Positions 14,306 through 28,132 are shown, counted from the stretch's first letter. The stretch: DNA of 64,000 bases from Lingula anatina (GCA_051362555.1 CM120641.1:20522001-20586000); one strand, 5' to 3'. The notes: generated by a model from the letters alone, not told the origin. Numbers and translations: made by a program.

Positions 14306-15892
14306 GCCGTTTCTGAAACGGTTTAAATGTTTTCTTTTGGTCTTTGGCATTCTGAAATAAACATAATGCATCCAAGCTGACGTGTCGCACGCAATTAAGA
14401 TGGTGAGGAAATTGTCGCAATTGCAGACAAAATCCTCATATCAAAGTGCTACAATGATGAATATAAATTTAATTAATTCTCGTTTAATCCAAATAATTAG
14501 GTCCTGTATTCTTAAAATACCGCGTATGGTATCTGTATTCTTGGTAGTATATATGACACTACATTTAAGGTTTGTTTTTTGGTCGATGCGTTGATTTTAT
14601 TTATATTTGTGCATATAGGCAATAACAGTATTTAATATCTTTCATGAAACAATAAATTGGAGAGTATTGATTTTAGGAGCAATCTGAAATATTTGATTCC
14701 GAGTAATATGTCTGCTTTCAGAAAACCTTTTAACTGTGGCATATTTTTCATTCCGAGTTACTTGAAAGTTTCGGCATTTCATTCCTTGACCCCGACACGG
14801 TGTTAAAATCATTTACAGCCTGCGTCCGTGACGTGGGTTTAATATTATTTCTGTTGCTTATCATTGTTCTGTCATCAGTTTGAAAATATCTACTACTGTG
14901 TAGTATCGATCATCAGCGTACGGGTCCTTAAAAGAAGATCATTATCGTGGTCATAGATATATTATGCTGATCTCGTGAGGCCAACTGCCAAAGAATGTGT
15001 CAACGGGTACATAAATTAGACATGCATTTACCCAATGATACTTTACGTAACTCACTATAGGTCAATTATGTGGATCCTGATGGCTTGCATTCAATGGGAG
15101 TGAAATGATAACGCAAACGGGCAGATGTATAAATAAATTAATGTAATAATGTGCTATTGAATCACAGTGAATGGTGGAGGCCTATATTTTCATCTGCTCA
15201 TCAAGTATGTGATGTTAATTTTGATTTTATTGAATTTAACGACTTGCCAGATAAACGTTCAGACAAAAAGATCGTCAACGAGGTGGAGAAAGAAATAAGC
15301 CAATAGACTAAAGTCCACATACGCATAGGCGTGAAAAGATTAACTTACAGACAACTTTATTTACATACACACGAACATACATACATACAAATACACGTGC
15401 CAGCGTAACTTGACATTAACTGACATTTTTTCAAATTTGTGACCATTGACAATAGTAGCCCATGATGCTGTTTTTGAGCAAACGGGTTTCGGCTCGTTCT
15501 CAATTGTGGATCCTGCATTCGTTAATTGTTTTTTGTTAGAAATGCATTCCTGGGTATTCTCTCTGCGCATGGAGTTTCCGATGATACATTACACGTAGTG
15601 ACTGTTCCGCTTATTGGTGCGTGCGGCTTTCATTAACCGACCTTTCCTTTAAGCTTTCTGTACTAATCATAGCTTGCAAGTTGTCGCAACTGACCACTTT
15701 CATTGTCCCCTTGCTAACAGAACCGACAACCTTTGTTTTCGTAGGCTATTGGCTATTGGTACCATCGTTTAATAACATGGTAAATAATGGACGTGCGCGT
15801 TCAAGAGCTCTGTTGGTATTGATATCCCTAATATGAAAGTGCAATAAGGAAACAGTCGGCTGCATCTCCTCACTCGTTATAATATCAGGGGG

Positions 15893-15992
15893 CATTCCTA
15901 ATGAAAGTATCGTTCTACGTAGATCGGCCCAACTCCGTCGGGACTCTCGCTGAGTGTAATCAGATCAAAAGCTTTTTTATATTCTACTCAAG
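15893..15992 (+). mobile_element. partial (one-arm) copy of the MITE family at 51302-51541
   Basis: cattcctaatgaaagtatcgttctacgtagatcggcccaactcc...gggactctcgctgagtgtaatcagat aligns with the arm of the 51.3-kb element. Confidence 0.7.
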
Positions 15993-17328
15993 GCCAAGAT
16001 TCAGAAGCTGACAAAAGGTGGTCTACCTGTTATCAAACCTGCTTATCTTTTAGACACTCAACCGACAAACTTAAAGCAAAGGCCTTTCAAGAACGTCTTT
16101 GCTGCCATTTTCTATTTTTGCCATTTACTCTTTTACTGATGACTGTGCATAATTAAATGTCATGAGTAAATTTAGCGTTTGATGCCCATATCTTTTACAA
16201 AGTATCTTATGATTACAACAACGATTAAACAGAAAATATCAACCTGGTCAAAAGTTATATTTTGCTTGTTGAGAAAACAAGTCGATTTGAAAAGATATAG
16301 TAAGATTTTATTTCAGGAAAATGTTTTTGAAATGTTACAATGTGATTCTTCCAATAGCTCAGATGATCGTTACCTGGTTTGTATTTCTTACACATAAATG
16401 ACCCTCTTTATTTCCCTTTTTATCTTTTATCCGTCGTTATATGTTTTGTCTCATCTTGCCCAGAACTAGTTGACATCATAGGGTTGGGTGGTGTGTGTGT
16501 GTGTGTGTGGGGGGGGGGGGGGGTAAGTCAGTCGAAAGTTCAATAGCCGTATAAAGGGTTATGCAATCCGGCAAATGAATAGTTTAGAGCCCAAATATTA
16601 TTCATTGAAAAATAAAAGTTTTTCTGTGAGATTAAAAGGATTTTAAAGATATGAAAAACAGAAAATGTTCGCCGGAAATTATGTATTTTACTTAACACTG
16701 AAAATAACAGTTATAATGACTCAAATCATAACGAATGAAATAAAAACAACAGAATAAATTGTTTTCGAGAATATGTGTGGAAGACAGTATGGAGGACACT
16801 ATGGATGTGCACAGCGCAAGTAAATATAATTAAAGTATTTTGAAAGGTGACAAACTTATTTTGACAATGGATTTTTGCGATGGATTGCCAAAAATGCAAT
16901 AATATTGTATACTAGTACTCGGTTGAAAATTTCGTAATGTACACAGAACAATCCTGAGCCTCGTTTACCATATTTCGTGAATTATTATAAAGTACAACTG
17001 TGTTCATCAAATATCTTATGCATTAAACATTGTTTCGCTAACATACATTATATTACACTTTCGTGGATATATAATCACGTATATTTACCATCATTATAAA
17101 ATATTATACTATATAAGTACCTCTGAAACGAATGGAAATCGAAAGCATACATATTGCATGGCAAATGAACACGTATATTAACCCAAGAACTACCCTTGTT
17201 TAAAACACCAAATCAATCAATCTCTAATCAAATATTTATTATAAATGGCCTTCTGGGTGGAAATAATCAACTCTATGCAACTCATTAAACGTATTGACAA
17301 ATTACTTAAGTGCGTATACTTAGTAATG

Positions 17329-17556
17329 CTGGTGTCAGGAAATCAACTTAACCCTGATTATATTAGGACGGTTATCTTAGACGTGACCACTGGGCATTTC
17401 AATTCTGTGACCTGCGGCAACCTCGTTACTCCATTTTCTGAACGATCAATAAATAAAAGGGACGCTTGATCTACTCTGGTGTGAGTACAAATCTATGTCG
17501 TTTAACACAGAGTTTGACAGTATCAGTTTTTGCCAACGGGCGCATCATCAGTCTTT
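17329..17556. repeat. ~230-bp non-coding block duplicated at 29429-29657 (part of the GCPII tandem duplication unit)
   Basis: ctggtgtcaggaaatca...gggacgcttgatctactctggtgtgagtacaaatctatgtcg...ccaacgggcgca occurs at both sites, offset 12,100 bp. Confidence 0.9.
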
Positions 17557-17609
17557 ATTGGTGGTGTTACCGTCGTAGTATGGACACATGCTAATTTTCA
17601 TGGTATTAA

Positions 17610-17980
17610 CAAAACCAGTGGTGTCTATAGGGGCATATGTTTTAGTGTCAGCATGGACCTGTGTCAGAAATAGAGTGGTTACTTTATGGCCGAATGGCAG
17701 TTAAGCCAATTTAGGCCCGTGTCAGAAAGAAGATTTTGACCTTAACCATGGTCATTGTTTGGGCTTATGCCTTTGGTGCCAATGTGGGCCCGTGTCAGAA
17801 AGAAGACGTTGACGTAAACCTGTGGCCATTATTTGGGCCTATGTCAATGGTGCCAGTTTTGGCCCGAATCAGAATGAAGTTGTTAACCTTAACCAGTGGC
17901 CATTGTTCGGACCTATGTTATTGGTGCCAATAAAGGCCTAAGTCAGAATGATGACATTGGCCTAAGCCAGTGATGCCAGG
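17610..17980. repeat. 73-74-bp minisatellite, about 4 units plus a degenerate lead unit
   Basis: ggcccgtgtcagaaagaaga... units start at 17714, 17787, 17861 and 17935. Confidence 0.85.
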
Positions 17981-18866
17981 CTGTAAGAGGACAGACCTGT
18001 CGGTGGTGCGGTGCTTAATTTTAGCAACCATGAGCAAATAAATGTGTTTAAGGTTCTGAAAGTACCAGTGTGACCTATGCAGTATTCCCTTCACTTAAGA
18101 AAGAACAGAGGAAAAGGTTAAGGAAAATATTTCTTTTTATTTGACAAAATGTAGAAAGGGAACAAAGTCACAAAAACATTGGATACAAACAAGAGAATAA
18201 TAAATATGGTACAAATAGGCCTTTACCGGTGTGCATTTTTCTCCGTATTGTTGATCGCTACAACAGTACAAGCAGAGCGGAAATATGCCCCCAAGGACAC
18301 AATTACAGCAATTGATAAGCATGACTCAATATACATTTTACTGTCTTTGAACAGCAGAATACATCACTATTCAAAATAATTCTCTGTTGCATATTATATA
18401 GATTTTTCGAAGAGATGGCCGTACGAAAAACATTAAATATATGGTCCACGGCACGCCATTTTCTTGTTATAACGTGTTTGCAATGTTGAACTGTCTCGCA
18501 GAAATTACTTTTCATTGATATAATAAAAGCGGCATGACCCTTATATAAAAAAATATTAATAGATCTTTGTGACCTGTTGTCTTCGAGTCGATCTGGAATG
18601 TATTTTTCAGCTATATATAATTAAATGTGACACTACAACCTAATAGGATATAGAGAGTTTGGCCCACACTATTCAAGTATAATAAAGAACGTTAATGTAA
18701 AGAACGTCGTATTCCTTTCTCTACATCTATGATAATATTTTTATTTCACTTCAAAAATTCGATTTTAAAATAGACATCTTATTGGATATTATCAATACCA
18801 ACGTACATGTGTTATCGACATCGGTAACCATGTACACACACACGTGTTCTCATTGGGAGATTTAAG

Positions 18867-19127
18867 TTAATTGCTCATACTTCCATGGAGTCCCGTGACA
18901 TTTCGTAGAGTGCTGGCAGCAGAGTTAATGGTAAAAATCGCCACAGCCATTTGCCTCTTAACGAGCTGCCACTGTTTCATCCGTTCGTCTGGTGCTTTGC
19001 TCTCTATGTCAAACAGTGCGTCGGTGAGCCCAGGGAATCCCGAGCTGGCGTAGGTGTTCTTACTGCTCGGCGCGAATATAACGTGCCTGTAATGGAGGAG
19101 AACATTAAGACATTGTTTTTCGAGTGC

Positions 19128-19161
<34 letters not shown>

Positions 19162-22100
19162 AGGAGGGGGGGGGGGGGGGGAGACACAGGAGAGAGAGGA
19201 GAATATGATTTTTTTTTTCAATTTAAGTAAGAATAAGGAAGGAAAAAATAAGAGAAAGAGAAGCTGTGGTTGGCAATCATGACTAGTTTACTATTTTCAC
19301 TTCTGAAGTTAGTATACTGGTACACACTTCATGAGAGGCCGACCGGGCAGCCCAGCGGGATCAGTGAACCCACGCTCCAATAGCATCATCTGGTCATTAA
19401 CACGTCTCACGGCAAAAGGGCTGGAATGGTTAATCGAAGAATTAGACATCTAAAAACAGTGCTGGTTTTGGACGCCAGATGGCGGGAGTGCGCGTTCCTT
19501 ACACTCAAACGCGTGACTTCCTTCTGGTTCTTTTTTTACATCTTGAACCGTTTAATACATCGTAGTGCCAAATAACATTAAAGACATTTTGTCATGGGGT
19601 AGAAAGGCCTCGTTCAATTTCTTAGGAGATCTGACCATTTATAGATATCAATGTTAATATAGCAAAAGAATCTACTGCTGCATGTATGTAATAGGTAGCA
19701 TGCGTGTCACTATTTCATGATCTTGTGGAATCAGTGGTTTCCATTCTGACAAGGGGGCAATATCCGCCACAAAACCACGCGAAAAAGAAATTTGATGATG
19801 TAATGTATTATCATTCATATTCATAGCAGCTAAGATAATCTTAGCCTGTGTTATATGCGTTTCTGATTGATTTGGATTGGGGTGGGGCATCTTACAGAAT
19901 GCACTTCGAATTGTTAACTTACTCTTTCTTGTTAATTTTTTGTACTTCTTCGTGAAAAGCGTCTGCAACACGACGGAATTCGTTCACTGCTTTGTTAAGG
20001 TTTCCTGGCAAATAAAAGGGACCGATAAAAATATACAACAGATATGTGTTATAACTATAAAAGTTTCGCTGATGACAGCAAGACACACTGCATGCCTGAC
20101 AAATACACAGAACCTCACATGCATCTTTTAAAGAAGTAGACTAAAGCAATCATGCCTATTTTCTAATCTATCGGTACCAGTTTTATACGGCGCAAAGGGT
20201 AACCCTTGAAGGTTGGAAGGGTACTTTAAAGATCATGCAGTGGCTAAGCCCTAGAGACACTGGTAAGATAATTCAATCTGCTCCTGTCTAAATCAGGCCT
20301 AAAAATGGAATTACGGTTTGTAACTTGGAGCCTGCGATCTCTGAATTATTGACGATTGTAAAAATACTTGCTGTCATGATAAGCTACGATAAATGATACA
20401 TAACTTACCTAAAGAAACACCATTACTGTTCAGCCAGGTCTCATTGTTTGTGTCTTTGAAATTCTTGAGCATGGTTTCAAGTTTCGTTGCATATCCTCTG
20501 ACGTCCATTGGCAATATGGCGGTGTCCGCCAAATACCTGGCGATCTCCCCACAGATACGGCAAAGCGACTGGTGCCATTTAAATGTGGGATCAGTGTAGT
20601 TTGTTACCAAGAGGAAAGTTTCGTAAACAGAGTGATACAGAGGGTAACTGGATATGTTCCATTCTTCCTATGTAAATAAGAAATGTAAGTAGCGTTTTGC
20701 TGGTAATTTGAAGACAAAACGACACTTAAAGACTTGTAACTTTGTATGTTCGTTGTCAGGCATGGTTTTAAATATAATGGGAAAACAAATCAAAACACAC
20801 GACATTCAAAGTTCAATATCATGTTTGTTTCTTGTTGTTTAGATTCGCCTTGTCTTTTCAGAATCCGCAAATTAGATAAACTAAAATATATTCTATGTCA
20901 CAAATAAAAATCGCACCTACATAGATAACTTACATCAACGATAGTATTACATGCGGTGTCAGCGTGATTCTTGAATGGCGTTACAAACTTACATCATCAT
21001 AAAAGTAGCACAGATCAATTGAAGGAATCCCGGCTCTTAGAAAGAAGGGGGCAAAGTCGCTGCCCGATCCAAGATCCCGGATCCTTTTAGAAAAAAATTA
21101 ATTTATGTAATCAATCAATATTTTAAATGTTGTTTTTCATTATTGGGGGGCAATTATACTAGTAGTTTTCCCCGTTTGCTCTTCTTCCTAAAAAGATAAA
21201 AAGTTGCAACGGATTATTAGAGAATCGACATTGCGTCGTAATAACAACGAAGGCTTCCTTCTTTAAAATGTTCAATACAAGTACCTTAAGAGCCTCTACT
21301 GTACATGTATTAATGGCAATTGGCAGTGAACCTGAGAAACAAATTCGAACAGATATCACATGACAATTATGATACTTTCATATATCTAGTGATGTGCTAT
21401 TTTTTTAATCATAATTATAATTATAATAATAATAAATAAACTGAAAGCCATAAATAAATTGAAAGTGGTAAGCATTTGAAAATAACAACATGCACGAACT
21501 TCGGCTTCTGACTCGGGTTGGTCCTCTTCTGCCAGGAATCATAAACATTGCTGAACATCGTACTTTCTGGGTCAGGGACCTAATATGAATGGATACAATG
21601 TGAAAATCACAGTGAAATCAATGTACAATGTAGCTTCCACAAGTTTCATAGACGCTCAACGTAGGAAATTGGTATTTTTTTCCAAAAAGAGAATTTGGTC
21701 GTATAAGTTCCATCCTACATGTTACACACCACATTGTTGTCAACTATTAACATTTACATTTTTGCTATGCATTTTTGCTCAAAATTGTTATAAATAATCG
21801 ACAATAGGTATTGAAAGCTTGTACAAAACTTGTTCAATGCCTGCAACCCTGACATTGTGTTATGAAAATTATCCATTATTTTACCACTTTCGTTGCAGCA
21901 TACACCGCCTCATACAGCAGTGGTGAGGCCCCAACACTAAGTTTGTAATGATACTCCACGGCGATATCAACGTTGATGTATGCCACTGCCCTCTCCCCAA
22001 GAGCTTTAATGTACTGCTCAACCCACTCAGTGGACCCAATCAATGCGTATTCTTCTGCACCCCAGCTACCAAACATTATGGTTCTACGTGGTCTCCAACC

Positions 22101-25100
22101 TTAAATATAAAAATTGCACAGTCAGTACATACATGAAATATCATGGCCATTTCCTCCAAGACCCACCCTTAGTAGATATTGAAAAATAAATTGGCTAATA
22201 TATTTACGGAAATATTCTTGAGGATTGAACTCTTAATGGCGTAACTGATGTTTCAACTTATAGATCTAACGATTAAAATCCATGAAGCAGACACTGTATA
22301 TTTATATTCAAAGGGAATTTCTTTCAGCCAATGCCATAACATTCATAGTTTGTCATTTTCCGCGCATATTTTCGGACTTTGGTGTTAACTGGGAGATTAT
22401 ACACCTTAAAATGATTTAAATATGGCAATTTTATGCCATATATTAATTGTAAAACCTAAGAATAGCCTTTACACTTTCATGCGTCTAATCCAGGTGACAG
22501 TCCAAGGCATAAATCATCTTGAAATATGATGGCCCTAGTCAACGGCGCCACCATCACGACTGCTCTGAGTGTGATTTATTGCATTAGAATGATACGCTGG
22601 TATGTTTCTTACTTAAGAATTACCGTTTGAAATGCCGAAATTGCAGAAAATTAACAGGACAAAATTTCAGTCTAAATAATTTAGTGCAAGAATTACGGCA
22701 TATAGACTCATTCTATTCTACGTGATCTCTTAAAAACTTAGATACCACTTAAAGGCTTTAGTTAAGGTTACCTTCCTTGACCAGGCTCCCCAGGGCCCTT
22801 GTCAGCTCCAGAAGGACGGCGGTCCCACTGGTGGGGTCCACGGCACCGTATGCCCAGGCATCACGGTGGTTCCCAACGATCACATAGCGGTCTGGACGCG
22901 ATATTTGTACGATATAACCATAGTGCATTTTGTTACCTCGATGATAATGATTATTTTTATTGCTGTCGTTATGCATAAACAATGGAGCGCAGACAAGTTA
23001 AATTGATTAAGTTTAATATAAGCGTGAATATAGAAAAAAAAAAAAAAAAAAAACAGTCGCTTTTCAGAGCCTCCCTGTGTAACAATAACATCTAACACAT
23101 GAAATACAGGAACATTTTTGTGTAATCTCGATTATCATGATTATATTGATAATAAAGATAAAATAATAAAAACCCTGTTGTTACCTGGTTCCACTGCCCC
23201 TCGTATTATCCCAACGGCATTGTAGGTTGTTCTGATCTCTCTCGTGTTATGATTCACTACTCTCAGCGTTCTGAATAAAGTTAATTTATCTCTAATAAAC
23301 ACTTGACGAATTCTAATGCATGACATAAATTGGTTTGTTAATGCATTACAGTTCGAAAGAGTATACGGCATTATACAGAATTTTATATTTCACAAACATT
23401 ACAAAGGACAAAACATTTACATCCAATATTTTTGTTTGGAGACAGATAATGACGTTCAGAAGTGAAAACGCGTGAAAATGTGAATAAGTTTTGAGCAAAA
23501 GATCTTTTGTCATTAGATAACTATTGTTTATGACCTGTTCTAGCAGTTAGCAAAAGAACCTTAATTTTTAAAGCCCACTTAGTAATTCTTTTGGTTTTAC
23601 TTGTAATGCACTAACCATCTTAGCACCCCCTCAAAATTCAGCGAGAGACCATCGTGCGCCTAAACGTAAATAAATGAATAAATAAAAACCAAAACATTAT
23701 CATCTTTCCTGGGTTATAACATACAAATACCTTACTATAAGTTTCATTTGACTTACTTATTGTCCATTAAATAACCCCCAAATTTGTATGTGACATTTGA
23801 TATTGCCCCTCTCCACGAAGCAGGTACTTCCTCTCCACTCATTGTGTTGAGTAGCTCCTTGGCATAATCGTAGCCGATAGGGTGCGCTGGTATCTGCGGC
23901 ATCTCCATTTTCTTCTCCAGCTCTTCTATGGGCTCGCGATAAGAGTAATCTAAAATAAAGATACCATTTCAAACTTACCAGAAAGATTACTTAAGAAGGC
24001 ACTAAGAGATTTTTAATCTAAGAATTTTTAATAAAATTCGTGCACATTTTTATCCACGTACTGAAAGACTCTAGTTTCAGTTCCATATCATCATCTCTCA
24101 TTACAGAACACTTCATTACGGCAAGTGAGTTAAATGTTGCTTCAATGGACAACGTTGCAAAACGGGAACTTTTTTCCAAGACACATTTAAAATCCTAACC
24201 CACAACTGATCCATGTCCAAGAAAACTAAAGCAGCGAGTTGTTATTTAAAGATCAAACCCAGCAGTTGGCCGAAATACTGTCGATCTTAAATTAAAACTC
24301 TACTACTAATAAGATTTGCCAATTCTTCATTTTCTTTATTTTCTCCTCTTTAGTAATGATGTCAACGATCACCAGACATAACCCTATAGTCAGTCCACTT
24401 ACCAACAGCTGGATACCCAGGGGTCAGGGGGTCGCCATTACCAATGAAAGTTGACCCCCTTTGTACTCCTGTTCCGGGTAACCACCAGGAATTGGGGAAA
24501 ACGGCTCCATTGGGGTCAACAGCGTAATCCTTGGGGTCCGAGTATAGGATAATAGCAGACGCATTGAACATAGTGGCATGACGAACCTGAGAGAAGAATG
24601 CATTGCTATGATGTGTCTTTTTCAAAATTGTTATACATTTTAATATGAAGGATAATATTTTTGTGCAAGTTTAATAAATTAAAGATAAACGGATTTCCAT
24701 ATTTGTGGGGTATGATGTACAGCAAAATCTAAATAACGTTACAATGTTAGCGTGACAGGGAAGCGTGGAGGAGGTATTCAGAGGGGAAATTTGCTTAATA
24801 ACAATCTAAACAGAAGCATAACTTAACAAATTTGTTTTGATCATGAATTGTCATAGTACTATTTATCTGTCGGAGATGACCCATTTTACTTTTTAGCCCG
24901 ACGTAATTAAAATCAGTAATCGCGGCTAAAAGGTGCTACATGTATATACTCGCTTGGCTCAGTGATTACACGGAAACGCACTAAGAGACAAGACTCAGGT
25001 CGTCAGGTTCTGTTTCTACTTATTCTTTTACTTAATTCCCATTCCCTTTCTCCTATTTGCAAAGAAAGATTTAGTCAACAGTATCAATATTTGATTGGTT

Positions 25101-28100
25101 CTTTTTGCGGAATATTGCGCGTTGGCCTGGGTTATTGTTATCTACATGTATTTCTACCGTCTACGTAAATCCTCGGCATTCCGTCATGGAGCTCTTTAAA
25201 TTAATTTTTAGCTTATAAAGATTGACAGTTAAATATTGTCATGCAGTGTATCTGCATCTATCAGGGCTGGCGTATGCTACCAATATTTTATGACATGAAA
25301 TAGTGATTATAAATTAATAAATTAGTAATAGATATAACCACTTGCTCTACTATACCTTATCTCCCCTGAATATTTTCCCGTATCTAGCTATGACAATAGC
25401 ACCGTTCAAGTCAATGCTTTTGTTGCGCGTTATGAAAAAGAAGTCTTCAATTCGTCCGTAGTTTACGTACACGAGTCTGCTTTTCTAAAAATCACCACAA
25501 GAGAACATCAACAAAGTATTAGTGCATTTTAGGACACACACACACACACACACACACATACACACACACACACACACATTCACACACACACTGAAAAATT
25601 GAATAATTAGATGAATGGACAAGATTTGATAAAACTGTCATCAAAAGTAAAGAACTTAATCATTTGCCAAATACATCCGCATTTAATGGTCAGATTCATA
25701 CCTCTACGGTACCATTCTTTGAGTAGGCGTTAAATGGCGGGGGTGCTCGGGGATCCTTGGTGCTAGACGCCTTATCTAGGGCGGCCTCCTCGAGGGGAGT
25801 CTGCCAAATGACATTGCCGTTACTGTCTAGAATCTGAGCCTGAAATAGTACATGTATGTAACTCAAAGTACGTAATAAACATCGGCAAAGAATAATAGTC
25901 TTCATTATTAGATTTTTGCAACCAAATGCTTACTCATCCTGGAGAGGCAATTCAGGGCATTTCAAGTAGTATAAAACACGTCCAATTTGAACGGTGGGCT
26001 ATGGACCCGTGTCTAAATTTAATAAAAGATCATATTGGACAATCTCGTGAGTCTAAGATGATCGTGTTTTCTACGTGACCCAGCAATAGAAGAAAAGGAG
26101 ATTAAAAGATTCGCAAAAGTGAAGACGTCTTTTCAAAGCAGCAGACTGGGTTTTAATGAACTTTCCAACTTTCCAACTTGGAAATATGAAAAAATGACAA
26201 AATGTGACTTTGACTATGTGATTTTTTTTCAGAAATATTTGTATGCTAAAAAGGTGAAGAAGAAGGAAAAGGAGAAAATCATATACCTTACTTCAAACTT
26301 AAAAGTCAGTTGTTCCTGTTGAACCACCTAAAGCTGTGTTTGCACTCACCTTGTTTGCCGTGTTGTTGCTTGTTTTATTTCCAGGATAGGAAAGGAGAAC
26401 ATCATACGGCACCAAGACAGCGTCATCTAAACCTTGTTCCAGCCATTTTTTACGAAGATCCTCGGCTGTTGTAAAATCCTCTGCAGTGCCGGCTACGTGA
26501 GGGTACCTTGTCATTTCCCTTGAAAGAAAAATTCCACAGTCTACGGCTATATTTATTGTACTTTTTTTTCGCTTAAAAAGGCTTATTTTCAATTTTTAAT
26601 AAAACATGTATCCGATTAAGCATCACATATTAGGAAAGTGTGTAAATCAGAGCTTATTTTAGTGCGTAAAGGGATAACAGCTCTTCGTATAAAATCTATA
26701 TTTTACAATAAATACATTGGAAACAACTCATAGATGTATAATATATTCTTTTTTACCACAAAACAGCGCTTATAGCAATAAATCTGAAATTTGTGCTTGC
26801 CATCCGACCACGTGACCTCTATAGATGGCTATACTCTGTATTAATCTCTTAAGAGATTATTACAAAAAAGCAAACTTTTTAGAAAAAAAAATAGGGACTA
26901 ACTTTGAATGTAGAAATGGATTCATTAACCATTGGTATGTATGGGAAATAGCTGTTTACCCCAGGAAAATTAATTTTTTGGACAAAATGAACAGTTGTTA
27001 TCCCTTTAAGGAATGTCTAAGATTCTTCACCTCATTGGCAGCAAAAAACAGAGCTACTCATCCATGGATTTGTGACTTTTAGACTCGATTATTTACAATT
27101 CTCCTTTTTAGGAATACCTATCAAATGAAAAAACTTCAGTCTATTCAAAATTTAGTCGCAGTCTTCTCCGTAGAACTCACAAGTCCGATCATATTACGCT
27201 AGGTCTACGTGATCTGCATTAGTTACCTGGTATATATTTATCAAATATCAATTAAATATCAAGTTTTACACTGAGTTCTTTCAGCGCTTTCAGGCCAAAA
27301 ACTTGACCCCTTCTTGATATTAAGAGTTCCCTATCAAAATAAAAAAGCCCCCCTTTGTTTTAAGTGCGCTTATGACGATATCATACAACCGTGACCTTCT
27401 TTAACGGTGCACATGCACACAATGGACAATATAAGTGTCACCCCCTGAATCAGAGTAATCAAATAATGATCAGTAATCAATAATCAAAGTAGGCAGGTCT
27501 TGAGTAGTTATAATGCCTGGTCTACATTTTTTTGCCAGGAGCATATCATTCCACAGTCATTTATCTCCCCCAAAAGTATTGGTTCAGTAGGGGTGACACT
27601 TCTATTGCCCATTGTGTGTAGGTAGGTTTAGCCCGATGTCAATGGTAATGGGTTACTGTTATTTATATATAAGAATACCTGCAGCTGACATTGTTGTGTG
27701 AGCCTGTGCTTTTAAAACAATCATCGCATGCAGTAGACTTGAGATACCACTATATATTTAGAGAAGGGTCGCACTTTGTATAGCCCCAGTATTGCTGATT
27801 ATCTATTATTTCTACATGTAAATTTATGTATTAAAAAGAAAACGGTTCCAAGCATACCGTAAATTCTCACGAATGTTTTCTGCTTTGATTCCCTCAAGAA
27901 GTTTCTGCTGAACAGATAAGTCTCCACCTTCAGCTAATTTCAGGAACACCTTGTACGCTGTACTCTCTTCGCTTGCCGCTGCGCTGTCCGCGTTTTTTGC
28001 AGAAAAATATCCAATAAGCACCCCTGTGACGATACCAACTATAAAACAGATTGATGCAATGAGCACTGGGACCTTTCTTCCAAATACAGACTGCATTGTA

Positions 28101-28132
28101 GATTCCCCGGTGTAAATAAGTTTATCTTCCAT
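18867..28132 (-). CDS. glutamate carboxypeptidase II / NAALADase-like type II membrane metallopeptidase (peptidase M28B; PA + M28 + TfR-dimer domains), copy A, ~777 aa
   Basis: 15 exons, all GT-AG and phase-consistent: 28132-27858, 26518-26350, 25839-25702, 25484-25356, 24586-24403, 23949-23757, 23270-23185, 22891-22772, 22099-21885, 21579-21500, 21083-20993, 20667-20409, 20004-19923, 19420-19328, 19086-18867 (2334 nt). N-terminal TM anchor; motifs [87 protein letters not shown]. Confidence 0.95.
27030..27260 (+). mobile_element. degenerate L2-clade LINE fragment (C-terminal part of ORF2) in intron 1 of GCPII copy A
   Basis: Frame-broken translation [13 protein letters not shown]...GIP...KKLQSIQN...DHIT..LRDLH*LP matches the typical L2 signature LVHAFVTSRLDYCN...LQ.VQN...HITP.L..LHWLP. 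Confidence 0.7.
27416..27618. mobile_element. ~200-bp MITE with ~35-bp terminal inverted repeats, in copy A intron 1 only
   Basis: cacacaatggacaatataagtgtcacccc...ggggtgacacttctattgcccattgtgtg; the flanks align to contiguous sequence at ~39320-39410 in copy B, which lacks the element. Confidence 0.75.

Noticed and set aside
137-17200. Numerous 60-105 aa ORFs in the first 17 kb
   Set aside because: No recognisable domains, many with non-ATG starts or microsatellite-derived sequence; consistent with random ORFs in AT-rich non-coding DNA.
17245-17469. Similar ORFs at 17245-17469 and 29312-29569 suggesting a small duplicated protein
   Set aside because: They share only the part overlapping the duplicated block, have unrelated N-termini, and show no domain or splice support.
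17610-17980. CRISPR-like array
   Set aside because: Contiguous tandem units with no unique spacers, eukaryotic context and no cas genes.
18871-19208. Plus-strand ORFs duplicated at 30485-30762 (similarly 20393-20599 / 32047-32298)
   Set aside because: Antisense shadows of GCPII exons; their duplication simply follows the gene duplication.
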